From positions 1 to 58,837 of IMG/VR virus record IMGVR_UViG_3300028025_002566: DNA of 58,837 nucleotides. The stretch is one strand, 5' to 3'. The notes beneath the pieces were generated by a model that saw only the letters and a program-made list of their open reading frames with translations, made no database searches and was not told where the DNA came from. Below are positions 1-9,750 of this stretch, piece after piece; within the stretch, counting starts at the first letter, position 1, and the number at the start of each line of letters is the position of its first letter. Source of the DNA: a virus. Lineage: Duplodnaviria; Caudoviricetes. Position numbers and translations under genes: made by a program.

Positions 1-126
1 GTCATAAGGTAGTTTTGGAGCAAACTTTTTCTCTGTCATCATATCTTGTATATGCGTACCATAGTTACCTAGTTGATACAGAGTCTGTGCTTCTTCAGGT
101 GTTTCAATAGTGATAGTAATAGTGAT
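1..126. repeat. Terminal direct repeat, left copy (identical to 58701-58826); probably circular-assembly overlap
   Basis: gtcataaggtagttttggag...tgatagtaatagtgat is repeated exactly from 58701; the last 11 nt of the window diverge. Confidence 0.9.
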
Positions 127-450
127 TGGTTTGAAGTTATTGGAGTGGGATATTGATGAGAGTTTCATGATGAAATGTAGTTTAGGTGCTTTAGATTGGG
201 TACAGTTTATGGGTACTGTAGTGTGGTTTAAAAGTGGTTTTTATTGGGATTGTACTGTGGGTACCTTTAACTTTTCATACACCCACAAGAAACCATCCAA
301 AAACAAACAATTTCCTGCTCATCTCGCGATTACTATCTTTTTAGTATATAATTCTGTACATTTCTGTTGATTATATACGTTTAAGTTAATAATAAAAGAC
401 AACGAAGGTATCATTGGATGTTTTTTGGTATAATTCTTGTGGTAATGTAC

Positions 451-672
451 TTAGATTGTAGCTAACCTTTCTGCTTTTTCTATTTGTTCTTCCATGTATT
501 GATCAAAAGATATAGCAAACTCTTTGAACTTAGTAAGTTCTTTGAGTACCTTTGTTACTTTCTCTTGTTCTTCTACTGATACTGGATCACTACCCAGGTT
601 ATTTACTAAGAATATCAGGTCTTCGGAGGACATATTCAAGGTAAATGTATCACGGTGCTTAGTAAGTTGCAT
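451..672 (-). CDS. Hypothetical early protein (73 aa)
   Basis: ORF track; AGAGGAG-type SD upstream on the - strand. Confidence 0.7.
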   Translation of the reverse strand: MQLTKHRDTFTLNMSSEDLIFLVNNLGSDPVSVEEQEKVTKVLKELTKFKEFAISFDQYMEEQIEKAERLATI

Positions 673-689
673 TTTATTGCTCCTCTTTG

Positions 690-935
690 TTACAAAACTA
701 CTGCTTGATCATACACTGCTGTGTACTCGATGACAATACCCGGTAATTCTACCTGTTCTGTCATGTTGGTCATTGCATCCTTGGTGTTTGACACAGCAAA
801 GAAGACAACATTACCCAGTGGATCTACTGATTGTAGTGTACTCAGGCCGAATTCTTGTAGTGATTCGGTAATTTCATCGTATGTATTCATTCCGAACATA
901 GATGGAATGAGTGGTGTTAAGAGAAGGTATTTCAT
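690..935 (-). CDS. Hypothetical early protein (81 aa)
   Basis: ORF track; colinear with neighbours. Confidence 0.65.
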   Translation of the reverse strand: MKYLLLTPLIPSMFGMNTYDEITESLQEFGLSTLQSVDPLGNVVFFAVSNTKDAMTNMTEQVELPGIVIEYTAVYDQAVVL

Positions 936-958
936 GATTGACTTTCTTTGGTGGTTAA

Positions 959-1252
959 TTAGGCTTCGATTACTTCATTGAACCATACATCAGAGTTCCA
1001 TCCACTGGTAACACCGAATCGTACAGCTTTACCAACAAGCTTCTTAGCAATGCGGAATTGTTTACGTGCATACTCAACATCGCGTGTGATAGACATCTTA
1101 CGGATGACTTGTTTGTCGTCAACAGCATAGATGTACTTGTTCTCACCGTCAATATACAGAGCCATGAGGACAGATGTACTCTGGGTATAGGTTGCAGTGT
1201 TAGTATCACCTTTAGTAGCGTACTGAGCAGGAACGGTCTTGATTACAGCCAT
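959..1252 (-). CDS. Hypothetical early protein (likely start MAVIK at 1252)
   Basis: Within ORF 959-1300; AAGGAG SD precedes the ATG at 1252. Confidence 0.7.
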   Translation of the reverse strand: MAVIKTVPAQYATKGDTNTATYTQSTSVLMALYIDGENKYIYAVDDKQVIRKMSITRDVEYARKQFRIAKKLVGKAVRFGVTSGWNSDVWFNEVIEA

Positions 1253-1443
1253 GATTTTCTCCTTGAAATGGCAGTTAGTGAATGGACGAATTGTCCCCAT
1301 AGAGTGCTATTGCTAACACTCTATAAGTACAGCTCAATGAGAGTATTGTACATCTACTAGTGATGGTAGATACTGATTAAGATCTTCTTTGTTCTTTGTC
1401 TTGAACAACAAGCGACCGGTCTTCTTAGAATAAACGTAGTACA

Positions 1444-1740
1444 TCAGAACTCCTCGTTAAATAAAGCAACAGAACCACAGAGAGAACATAAAGCAGATGC
1501 AAACCCAAGAGGCCAGTACCCAACAAAAGCATAGCCCATGAAGATAAAGGCAAAGAAGAAAAGGAAAACACCAATCAGAATACGCATGACAACTCCAAAC
1601 AGCGCAGACAAGAGCAGCTGCAGCACCGCGCCAAGCGCAAGCAGCCAGAGGAAAACAAGGGGGTCTACAAAACAGAAAGGGGCTAACCTAATAAACAAAC
1701 TGATTCTTTCTTTCACACAGAGAGACATATACCCCACCAC
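1444..1740 (-). CDS. Small hydrophobic, probably membrane, protein
   Basis: ORF track; long Leu/Phe/Val-rich stretches; start uncertain. Confidence 0.4.
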   Translation of the reverse strand: MVGYMSLCVKERISLFIRLAPFCFVDPLVFLWLLALGAVLQLLLSALFGVVMRILIGVFLFFFAFIFMGYAFVGYWPLGFASALCSLCGSVALFNEEF

Positions 1741-1921
1741 AAAACCTAAATTAAAATACCCTCACTACAACTACCCCCATTAAAACTTTCAAAACTAAAA
1801 CTCCCCATAACCCAAGTAGGGGTACCCCAAATAAAGTATCCCAAGTACCTTCTCGCAAAGAAATATTATACATATTATTTCATTAATAAAACGTATACCT
1901 ACTATTACATTCTTATTAAAG

Positions 1922-1937
1922 AGCCGGTACATAATAG
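1922..1937 (+). promoter_or_regulatory. Putative phage RNAP promoter upstream of terminase
   Basis: AGCCGGTACATAATAG, copy of the 8x motif. Confidence 0.75.
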
Positions 1938-1981
1938 AGAAACAATTATTTTGTTTTAATAGACACAAAGGACGCTAATAA

Positions 1982-3622
1982 ATGGCGAGTATATCAAACA
2001 AACAAAAACTCGAGGCGCTACGCGAGTTAAATAAGCGAAAGAAGTTATCTGAATATAAAGGTGACTTCGAGTTATTCGCAAAAGAACAGATTAAGATTTT
2101 ACCTAAAGACAGTTCTCAGGGGTTTCAACCCTTTCTGTTTAATGAGGCACAAAAGATTGTTAATGAAAAGATTGAAGAACAGTTAAAGAGTACCGGAAGA
2201 GTGAGGGCTATTATTCTTAAGGCCCGTCAAATGGGTTTAAGTACCTTTACTACGGCCAGAGTATTCTGGAAGTCTTACTTTAATGCTTATAATAAGTCAG
2301 TAGTTATGGCCCATGATACGGCTACTTCTGACTCTTTGTTTTCAATGAGTAGGAATACTATTGCAAACATGTCTGAGGATTTCAGACCTAAATTTAAGAA
2401 GTCTAATGCCAAAGAGATTATGTTTGAGCATAATGATTCAGGGTATAGACTATATACAGCGGGTTCTCCAGAGGCTGGTAGAGGTACAACACCTACTATT
2501 GCTCACTTGTCTGAGGTAGCCTTCTGGACGCATGATGCCAAGATCTTAGCTGGTATGTTTCAGGGTATTTCACAGGCACAGGGTACCGAGGTTATTCTTG
2601 AGAGTACTGCCAATGGTGTGGGTAATGAATTTCACAGATTGTGGAAGGGTGCTGTGGCGGGTGAGAATGAGTACATTCCTATTTTCGTACCATGGTTCCT
2701 TATGCCTGAGTACCGTAGGACAGCTCCTGAATCGTTTGAAAGAACAGATGAAGAGGAAGTATTAGTTACCCGGTTTAATCTTGACAATGACCAGTTATAC
2801 TGGAGAAGGTTAAAGATTGCTGAAGGTGGTAATGATAAGTTCAGACAAGAGTACCCCGCTACTCCTGATGAAGCTTTCGTAGTATCAGGTGCAAACGTAT
2901 TTAACATTGAAAAGTTAATGGAGTTAGTACCCCAACCTATTCTTAAACAGATGGAATTTAACTTTGAGTCTCAAATGATGGAGGATGCCCCAAGAGGTTC
3001 TATCGAGATTTACAAGTATCCTACCTTTGAAAACTCTTTTGCTATTGCAGGAGATGTGGCCTTAGGTGTAGGTAAAGACTATTCCTCAGCTGTTGTTATG
3101 AATAAGGATAAGGAAATCTGTGCTGTATACCGTAACAATACCATTGATCCATCTAAGTTTGGTGATGTATTATTTTATCTTGGCAGATATTATAACAACG
3201 CTCTTCTTGCTGTCGAGTCTAATTCTATGGGTATTGCTACACTCAACAGACTAACGCAGATGAACTATGTTAATCTTTATTATCAAACAAAGATTGCTAA
3301 CGTATCCAAAGAAGAAGGTAGCCGAGTAGGATGGAGAACAACCTCTGCATCCAAGCCAGCTATTATCGGATTCTTAAAGAGTGCTATCGAGAATGATGAG
3401 ATATGGATTCCATCAAGAACTATTATCGGTGAATTAATGAATTATGTTGCGGATGATAATGGCAAAACAAACGCTATTGTCGGTCACAATGATGATACAG
3501 TAATTGCCTTGGCTATCGTACTTGAAGTAATTCGTACTCACGGAGATAAATTAACAACTAACAATGTACCCTTTACACAACGTATGGGGTCATTCCAACA
3601 GGAAAACACAACATGGTTATGA
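1982..3622 (+). CDS. terL: Terminase large subunit
   Basis: Walker A KARQMGLST, Walker B HLSEVAFW, ESTANG coupling motif, nuclease GDVALG and HNDDTVIALA. Confidence 0.95.
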   Translation: MASISNKQKLEALRELNKRKKLSEYKGDFELFAKEQIKILPKDSSQGFQPFLFNEAQKIVNEKIEEQLKSTGRVRAIILKARQMGLSTFTTARVFWKSYFNAYNKSVVMAHDTATSDSLFSMSRNTIANMSEDFRPKFKKSNAKEIMFEHNDSGYRLYTAGSPEAGRGTTPTIAHLSEVAFWTHDAKILAGMFQGISQAQGTEVILESTANGVGNEFHRLWKGAVAGENEYIPIFVPWFLMPEYRRTAPESFERTDEEEVLVTRFNLDNDQLYWRRLKIAEGGNDKFRQEYPATPDEAFVVSGANVFNIEKLMELVPQPILKQMEFNFESQMMEDAPRGSIEIYKYPTFENSFAIAGDVALGVGKDYSSAVVMNKDKEICAVYRNNTIDPSKFGDVLFYLGRYYNNALLAVESNSMGIATLNRLTQMNYVNLYYQTKIANVSKEEGSRVGWRTTSASKPAIIGFLKSAIENDEIWIPSRTIIGELMNYVADDNGKTNAIVGHNDDTVIALAIVLEVIRTHGDKLTTNNVPFTQRMGSFQQENTTWL

Positions 3623-3756
3623 ACGTACCATTACGTGGTGAGGAAAAAGATAGCTTTAAAAAGCTTATTAAACCACAACAACCTAATAAACTACTTAATC
3701 CCAAGGATAAAATTGGGGATAAGACAGGACGAACACTGCCCATCCGAGGGCAATAA
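3619..3756 (+). CDS. Small basic protein (45 aa, MNVPLRGEEK...LPIRGQ), not in the ORF track
   Basis: ATG overlaps the terL stop (ATGA); open to TAA at 3754-3756. Confidence 0.55.
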   Translation: MNVPLRGEEKDSFKKLIKPQQPNKLLNPKDKIGDKTGRTLPIRGQ

Positions 3757-3864
3757 AAGTTATCCCTTTGTGTCCGCTTGGGGCGACCGGCAAGTGGGAT
3801 ATCCGGAAGACTTATATAGGCTGTTATAGCCTTGATTGATTGATTGAACCAAGAAAGGTTTATA

Positions 3865-6120
3865 ATGGCAGACAATATTTCTAGCGTAGTTAGAATTTCT
3901 CAAGGATACAAAGAGAAAGTTACAGATGAAGAACTGGTAAGTATGATCGAGACAGGGGTAATGAACTCTGTTGGCGACTTCTTAAATAGTTCGGACATGG
4001 CCCGTGAAAGACAGAAGGCTACATTTGAGTATGGCATGATGCCTGATATGCACCTTAAACCACAAGGTGTTTCTCAAATTGTTTCCTCTGATACTGTAGA
4101 AGCTGTAGAAGGCTATGCAGCTATTCTTTCCGAGTTACTATTTAATAACAATAAAATTGCACGTTTCACACCGTACAATTCATCACCTAAAGCATTTCAT
4201 GATGCTAAAGTAGCCTCTGACCTAGTTAACTATGAGATCTTTAAAAAGAATCCAGGTTGGCAAGTATTAAATACATGGGTTAAAGCTGCACTATTGTGGA
4301 AGAATTCGATCGTCAGATGGGAATTCATCGAAGATTATGATTATTCATATGAAGAGTATGATGAAATTTCTCAAGAGAATCTTGACGCTCTGCTTGCTGA
4401 CGATGACGTTGAAGTTGTCGGGCAACTAGAATACGATCAAAAATTAAGTACCGATGAAGACGGTAATGCTGTATACGTAATGGTATACAACAATGTAAGA
4501 TTAAAACGCAAACATAATAAGACACGAGTTGAACTCAGGAACATTCACCCTGAATCATTCCGTATCACAAGAGATGCCCACAACTTTGAGGATGCCTCTT
4601 TTGTTGGTATTCAGATTGATATGACTCGTTCAGAGATCAGAAAATATTTCCCCCAGATTGCAGAGAATATTGACTGGGACGCTATTGGAGATGGTAGTTA
4701 CGATTGGGCTACTAAGTACACCGAAGAGCAAGCTGCTCGAAAGCGTCTGGTTGGTGAAGAGTACTGGCTAGGTGGAAATTCTAGGGAACTATACCCTACT
4801 GAAGCTAACAGACAGGTTACTGTCGTTGAATGTTGGCTAAGAGTTGACCGTGACGGTGATGGTATTGCCGAACTAAAACACTTTATTATTGCAGGTTCTA
4901 CCATTCTTCTTGAAGAAGATTGTGATATGATCCCTCTTGCATCACTATGCCCATTTGAAGTTCCTCACGAATTCTTTGGTTTATCTGTTGCAGATATGAT
5001 CAGACCTTCTACACTAGCTACCACAGCTATTTTAAGAGGTTTCGTAGAGAACGTATACCTAACTAACTACTCACCTAAGCTTGCTGACCCTAACGTAGTT
5101 GACTTTAGTGCTCTTCAAAACATGAAGCCTAAACAGATTATTGCCACAAACGGTAATCCTCAAACTGCTGTGTCATCTATGACTCCTGATACAATCAGCA
5201 CAGGTACAGTACCGTTACTTGAGATGTTGCAAATGCACAAAGAGCAATCCACAGGCCTGTCAAAAGCAGCACAAGGATTGAACGATACGTTATACGTATC
5301 TGGTAACTCTGAAGAAAAAATGAAGAGCGCTATGAGTGCAGCTCAAGTACGTATTCAATATATGGCTCGTAGATTTGTTGAGACAGGTATTAAACGACTT
5401 GTTGAAGGGGTATACAAAACTATTCGCACTAATATGCGTGGTCGTACTGTAAATTACTTTGATCAAAACGAAGTGTATCAAGCTATTGAGCCTTCAACAT
5501 TACCTTCTAACATGCTACTTCAGATTGATGCTGACGTAGGTGAAAATAGTAACAGTAATATTGTCAGAAAAATGACAATGGTTGGTCAACAGCTATTACC
5601 TGCACTACAACAATCTGGCGCTGGTGCTGTTGTTAACCCAGAAGCTGCTGTCAGAATTGCTGCTAAAACCCTTGAGGCATTAGATTTAGATCCACTAGAC
5701 TATCTAGAAGACTATACTACTGATGAGTTCAAACAAAAAGCTGCGGCGTCTAAAGACAACGAAATGAAGGCTAACGAAAAGTTAAAAGCACTAGAAGAAC
5801 AGCTTAAGCAGTTAAACATTGCCCAACAACAAGCTACTATTGACTTAACAAACGTTCAGTCTAAGAACTCTATGCAAGATAATATCAAGCAATTGATGGT
5901 TGCATTAGACAAGTCAAATCAAGAATGGGCTAAACTATATATTGATGCTGCTAAGGAGGGTATAGAATTACCACCTAAACCAGATATCAATGAACTATTA
6001 GGTATTGCTACTAAAGCTATTAAGCTTGATGTTGCTAATGATGCATCTCGACCAGCCAATGGTGTTGAATTAAAACCTCAACAAGGTCCAGCTGCAGCTA
6101 TGCCTAATCAAATGACTTAA
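3865..6120 (+). CDS. Portal protein (podovirus, SU10/P22-like)
   Basis: Position after terL; WLRVDRDGDGIAEL and PHEFFGLSVAD motifs; Gln-rich helical C-terminus; GAAAGG SD before the ATG at 3865. Confidence 0.88.
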   Translation: MADNISSVVRISQGYKEKVTDEELVSMIETGVMNSVGDFLNSSDMARERQKATFEYGMMPDMHLKPQGVSQIVSSDTVEAVEGYAAILSELLFNNNKIARFTPYNSSPKAFHDAKVASDLVNYEIFKKNPGWQVLNTWVKAALLWKNSIVRWEFIEDYDYSYEEYDEISQENLDALLADDDVEVVGQLEYDQKLSTDEDGNAVYVMVYNNVRLKRKHNKTRVELRNIHPESFRITRDAHNFEDASFVGIQIDMTRSEIRKYFPQIAENIDWDAIGDGSYDWATKYTEEQAARKRLVGEEYWLGGNSRELYPTEANRQVTVVECWLRVDRDGDGIAELKHFIIAGSTILLEEDCDMIPLASLCPFEVPHEFFGLSVADMIRPSTLATTAILRGFVENVYLTNYSPKLADPNVVDFSALQNMKPKQIIATNGNPQTAVSSMTPDTISTGTVPLLEMLQMHKEQSTGLSKAAQGLNDTLYVSGNSEEKMKSAMSAAQVRIQYMARRFVETGIKRLVEGVYKTIRTNMRGRTVNYFDQNEVYQAIEPSTLPSNMLLQIDADVGENSNSNIVRKMTMVGQQLLPALQQSGAGAVVNPEAAVRIAAKTLEALDLDPLDYLEDYTTDEFKQKAAASKDNEMKANEKLKALEEQLKQLNIAQQQATIDLTNVQSKNSMQDNIKQLMVALDKSNQEWAKLYIDAAKEGIELPPKPDINELLGIATKAIKLDVANDASRPANGVELKPQQGPAAAMPNQMT

Positions 6121-6131
6121 ATATAACACGG

Positions 6132-6165
6132 CCTTCCCACATCGAAAGATGGCGGGAGGGTTTTT
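6132..6165 (+). terminator. Rho-independent terminator after portal
   Basis: ccttccc..atc-gaaa-gat..gggaggg followed by TTTTT. Confidence 0.65.
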
Positions 6166-6178
6166 CAAGAGAAAACAA

Positions 6179-6550
6179 ATGGACAAATATCGAAAGAGTT
6201 TCGAGCAGAAGATGAAACCTAAGATGAATCACGAAACAATGGAATACAAAGTAGAACCATTCCGTGATGCACAAGTTGCTTTGGGCCAAGCCCAATTCGT
6301 TCAACGTGAACGAGAACAATTTTTTAATGAAGCATACAGTGAGATCCTATCTGATCTCTTTGTTGCTTGGCTAAAGTCAGAGCCACACTGTACAAAGGAA
6401 CGTGAGTACCTTTATTCAGTAGCTATGGCGCTTGGTTCAGTTAAAGAAAAATTAGTAGGTATTGAAACCTACGGTAATAATGTTAAATACATTCAACAAT
6501 TACAAAAAGGATCCTCAGTAGAGAACGAGGAAGATGGCAGTAATGAGTAA
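6179..6550 (+). CDS. Hypothetical head-assembly protein
   Basis: ORF track; between portal and scaffold; start MDKYRK after the terminator. Confidence 0.7.
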   Translation: MDKYRKSFEQKMKPKMNHETMEYKVEPFRDAQVALGQAQFVQREREQFFNEAYSEILSDLFVAWLKSEPHCTKEREYLYSVAMALGSVKEKLVGIETYGNNVKYIQQLQKGSSVENEEDGSNE

Positions 6551-6782
6551 ATATCAACAAGCAAAAGACGTACTTGAAAAAGCACGAGAAGAAATCCTCC
6601 GCGAATTAACCCTATGTGGTCAAAATGGCGGTACAGGTCGTTCCCAAAATTATGCACCTATTTTAGTGAGCCTTCATAATGCCGTTAAGGTTATTGAAGA
6701 ACTAGATCAAGGTGTTAAATCTGAATTTGGTGAACGTATGAAAGCTGCCCGTGCTGCAAAAGCATCAGCTGCAAAAGATTAA
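6543..6782 (+). CDS. Hypothetical protein
   Basis: ORF track (6534-6782); overlaps the upstream stop; start uncertain. Confidence 0.65.
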   Translation: MSKYQQAKDVLEKAREEILRELTLCGQNGGTGRSQNYAPILVSLHNAVKVIEELDQGVKSEFGERMKAARAAKASAAKD

Positions 6783-6807
6783 TTGGACATAAAGGCAAAA
6801 GAATAAT

Positions 6808-7953
6808 ATGAATCTATCACATCTCTCTACCAATACCCCCGCTTCTGAAATCAGTAGCCGGGACTTTGATGACGGAAGTTATAGTGCAGACTTGGAAGCA
6901 AAAAGTCTTGATGACATTCTTCGTAATTCCCCTGCTGCGGAATTACTAGGTTTAAAAAACCAAGAGGAATCTCTACCGGAAGACGATAGCGTCCCAAGTC
7001 CAGATGAACCATCGGATGATAATGAAGAAGTCCCTGATGCCGATGAGGAATCTGAAACTGACCTAGATGAAGAAGAAGAATCAACAGATTCTGATGAAGA
7101 TAATAAAGATGAGGATGATACGTCTACCCAAGATTCTGAATTACCTTCTGAAGAAGATATTGATTGGGAATATAAAGTACCTGTTACCGTTGACGGTAAA
7201 ACAGAATACCTTTCCCTAGAAGAAATCCGCAAGGGTTATTCTACTGATAAACATCTATCTCAAAAGGGGCGTGAACTCGGTGAACTGAAGAAACAAATCG
7301 AGCAAGAAAGAACAGAAAAACTACAGGAGCTGGTTACATTAGGACAAGTCGTTCATGAAGAAATGACTGTCGTAGAAACTAAGCTTGCACAAGAATACAA
7401 CTCTCTATCTGCGCAGATCGAAAAAGCAAAAGACGAAGGTGATACGTACACCGCTCGTGAGCTTAAGGAAAAGAGAGAAGAAATTCAAGAGGCATACTGG
7501 AACGCACGTACTAAACGTGAAGAAAGTACTAAAACAGTTGTAGCAAAAATTAAAGAGCAACAAGCAGAACAGCAGACTAAACTTCTAAAAGAGTTTGAAG
7601 AAACAATTAAGGATTTTATTCCTGATTTTTCGGATACAACTGCTAAGAGTATTCGCGAGTTTGCTATTAAAGAAGGTATCCCTGAAGCGTTATTGGAGCA
7701 AATTTACTCCCCTGCTGCTATTAAGTTTATCAACGATTATAGAAAACTTAAAACAGCAAAGGAAAAAGGCGAAGTGAAACGCAAAGCCGTGCCCACCGTT
7801 AAATCGGTACCAACTAAAAAAGGTACTCCTGTCTCACAAAAACAAAAGAGTGCAGACCAAGAGTCCCGTAAACGTGTTCTTTCCGGTCAAGGTTCTAACC
7901 AAGACCAACTTGATTTCTTAAAACGAATTTCTTCAGTCAGCAAAAAACTTTAA
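6808..7953 (+). CDS. Capsid scaffolding protein
   Basis: Very acidic N-terminus, VTVDGKTEYLSLEEIRKGY motif, coiled coil, directly upstream of the MCP. Confidence 0.85.
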   Translation: MNLSHLSTNTPASEISSRDFDDGSYSADLEAKSLDDILRNSPAAELLGLKNQEESLPEDDSVPSPDEPSDDNEEVPDADEESETDLDEEEESTDSDEDNKDEDDTSTQDSELPSEEDIDWEYKVPVTVDGKTEYLSLEEIRKGYSTDKHLSQKGRELGELKKQIEQERTEKLQELVTLGQVVHEEMTVVETKLAQEYNSLSAQIEKAKDEGDTYTARELKEKREEIQEAYWNARTKREESTKTVVAKIKEQQAEQQTKLLKEFEETIKDFIPDFSDTTAKSIREFAIKEGIPEALLEQIYSPAAIKFINDYRKLKTAKEKGEVKRKAVPTVKSVPTKKGTPVSQKQKSADQESRKRVLSGQGSNQDQLDFLKRISSVSKKL

Positions 7954-7981
7954 AATGTTTCTATAATAAAAGGAAAATAAA

Positions 7982-9091
7982 ATGACTGCACGTACATTCC
8001 AAACTGGTGGCCCTAAGGCCGCCGCCCGTAGCGCATCTGCTACTGGTAACTCTATGAACGCTTCTGAGAAAGAAGACCTAGCGAATTTCATTTCAATGAT
8101 CTCTCGCGATGAGACTCCTTTCCTAAGCTCTATTGGTAAGACCAAAGCTACTGCCGTATTCCACGAGTGGCAAACTGATGAACTATCTGCTCCCTCTTCT
8201 GGTGCTGTTGCTGAAGGCGTTTCATACGCTACTCAAGCTGCTGCCCAAGGTGCCGAGCCTCTCCGTACTCGTCTAGGTAACTACACCCAGATTAACAGCA
8301 AGACCGTTACCGTTACTGGTACCAAGCGTGCTGTTGACCAAGCCGGTGTTGCTGACGAATACGCATACCAGCTCAAGAAGCGTGGTACTGAAATGCGCCG
8401 CGATGTTGAGTTTGACTTGACCAACAGCTGGAACTCCAGCAATGGTTCTGGCACTCGTACTTTCGGTGGATACCAAGCTTGGGTTAACTATGGTACCGCT
8501 ACTGGTGGTACTGCTCTAAACGTACTAGCTACTCCTGCTGAATACACTGCTCCTACCAATGCTGGTGGTGGTGTTGCCGGTACTTTCGCTACTGTTACTG
8601 GTGCTGATAAGGTTTCACTACAGCTATCACACATTGATACTGTTATGCAAGCTATCTACGAAAACGGTGGTAAGGCTACTAAGCTAATGCTCTCCCCCGC
8701 TAACCGCCGTGTATTCTCTGCCAAGGCACAGTCTGCTGGTTCTAGCTCAAGCAATGCTGGTGACGGTAACGTTCGCCGTAACATTGATGCTGATGGTAAG
8801 CTCCGTCAGTCAGTTGAAATCTACATGTCTGATTTCGGCGACATCATGGTAGTTCCTAACTACGTTATGGGTATCAGCAACACTTCTGTTTCAGGTCTAA
8901 ACGACACCGCTAACTTCAGCGCGTTTGTTTACGATCCACAGTGGTTTGCTTACGCCAGCCTACGTCCTACTCAAGAAGTAGACCTCGGTCAATTAGGTGA
9001 TTCTATCATCGGTCAGATCGTTGAAGAAGGTACCTTAGAGTGCCGTAACCCCAAAGGTTGTGGTCTAATCTTTGGTCTATCAGGCGCTTAA
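7982..9091 (+). CDS. Major capsid protein (DUF5309/SU10 MCP-like)
   Basis: EDL...ETPFLSSIGKTKATAVFHEWQTDEL, NYTQI, EGTLECRNPK motifs; strongly biased codon usage; terminator follows. Confidence 0.92.
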   Translation: MTARTFQTGGPKAAARSASATGNSMNASEKEDLANFISMISRDETPFLSSIGKTKATAVFHEWQTDELSAPSSGAVAEGVSYATQAAAQGAEPLRTRLGNYTQINSKTVTVTGTKRAVDQAGVADEYAYQLKKRGTEMRRDVEFDLTNSWNSSNGSGTRTFGGYQAWVNYGTATGGTALNVLATPAEYTAPTNAGGGVAGTFATVTGADKVSLQLSHIDTVMQAIYENGGKATKLMLSPANRRVFSAKAQSAGSSSSNAGDGNVRRNIDADGKLRQSVEIYMSDFGDIMVVPNYVMGISNTSVSGLNDTANFSAFVYDPQWFAYASLRPTQEVDLGQLGDSIIGQIVEEGTLECRNPKGCGLIFGLSGA

Positions 9092-9107
9092 TAAGCTGAG
9101 ATGATAT

Positions 9108-9139
9108 AAAAGGGATGGGATAATATCCTGTCCCTTTTT
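9108..9139 (+). terminator. Rho-independent terminator after MCP
   Basis: aaaagggatgggat-aat-atcctgtcccttttt. Confidence 0.8.
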
Positions 9140-9155
9140 ATTTGAAAGGAACATA

Positions 9156-9398
9156 ATGCAAACTCTCAAAATTACAGCAACAAACGGTACATCTAAACTT
9201 GTACCTTTAGATAACGTACTTGAATTAGTCGTTAATACTAGCTTCTTTATTACTAGCGTAAGCTATGTTAATAATGTTGGTACACCTGTTACAGTGGCCG
9301 TAACTGCCTATGATGGTACTAATGATAAATACGAATATGGTCATTTAGAAGATGGTTATATTTTCAGTGCCCACGTAGCTAACTACGTAACACGTTAA
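9156..9398 (+). CDS. Hypothetical virion protein
   Basis: ORF track; AAGGA SD. Confidence 0.7.
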   Translation: MQTLKITATNGTSKLVPLDNVLELVVNTSFFITSVSYVNNVGTPVTVAVTAYDGTNDKYEYGHLEDGYIFSAHVANYVTR

Positions 9399-9414
9399 TA
9401 CTAGAAGGACACAA

Positions 9415-9738
9415 ATGGGATTCCGATCACAACAAGATAATGCTAATAGTTTCTTTGTAAAGACAAATGAAACAGATTACGAATTAGAACAAGATATTCA
9501 AGCGTACAAAGATTACGCTGCAGAACAGAGACAACAAAGCACAATCACAAGCGGAAGTAAACAATACAAGTCGTTTGCTATTATTCCAGATATTGTTGCT
9601 ATTGATATCTTAACTAAATATAAGATGGATATTCATTCACCTGAGTTTATGAATGATCCTGCGCAGTTAAGACGACTAAAACAAATTATTGAATCAGACT
9701 ATCCGTTACTTAAGACAAGTAACATTAAAGCCTTATAA
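9415..9738 (+). CDS. Hypothetical protein
   Basis: ORF track; GAAGGA SD. Confidence 0.7.
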   Translation: MGFRSQQDNANSFFVKTNETDYELEQDIQAYKDYAAEQRQQSTITSGSKQYKSFAIIPDIVAIDILTKYKMDIHSPEFMNDPAQLRRLKQIIESDYPLLKTSNIKAL

Positions 9739-9750
9739 GGAGAATAACCT

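Noticed and set aside
1819-1828. GGGGTACCCC palindrome as another promoter copy
   Set aside because: It shares only GGTACC and lacks TAATA; single occurrence
3635-3829. 64-aa ORF from the track between terL and portal
   Set aside because: The frame starting at 3619 is coupled to the terL stop and is more plausible; the distal part looks like structured non-coding sequence
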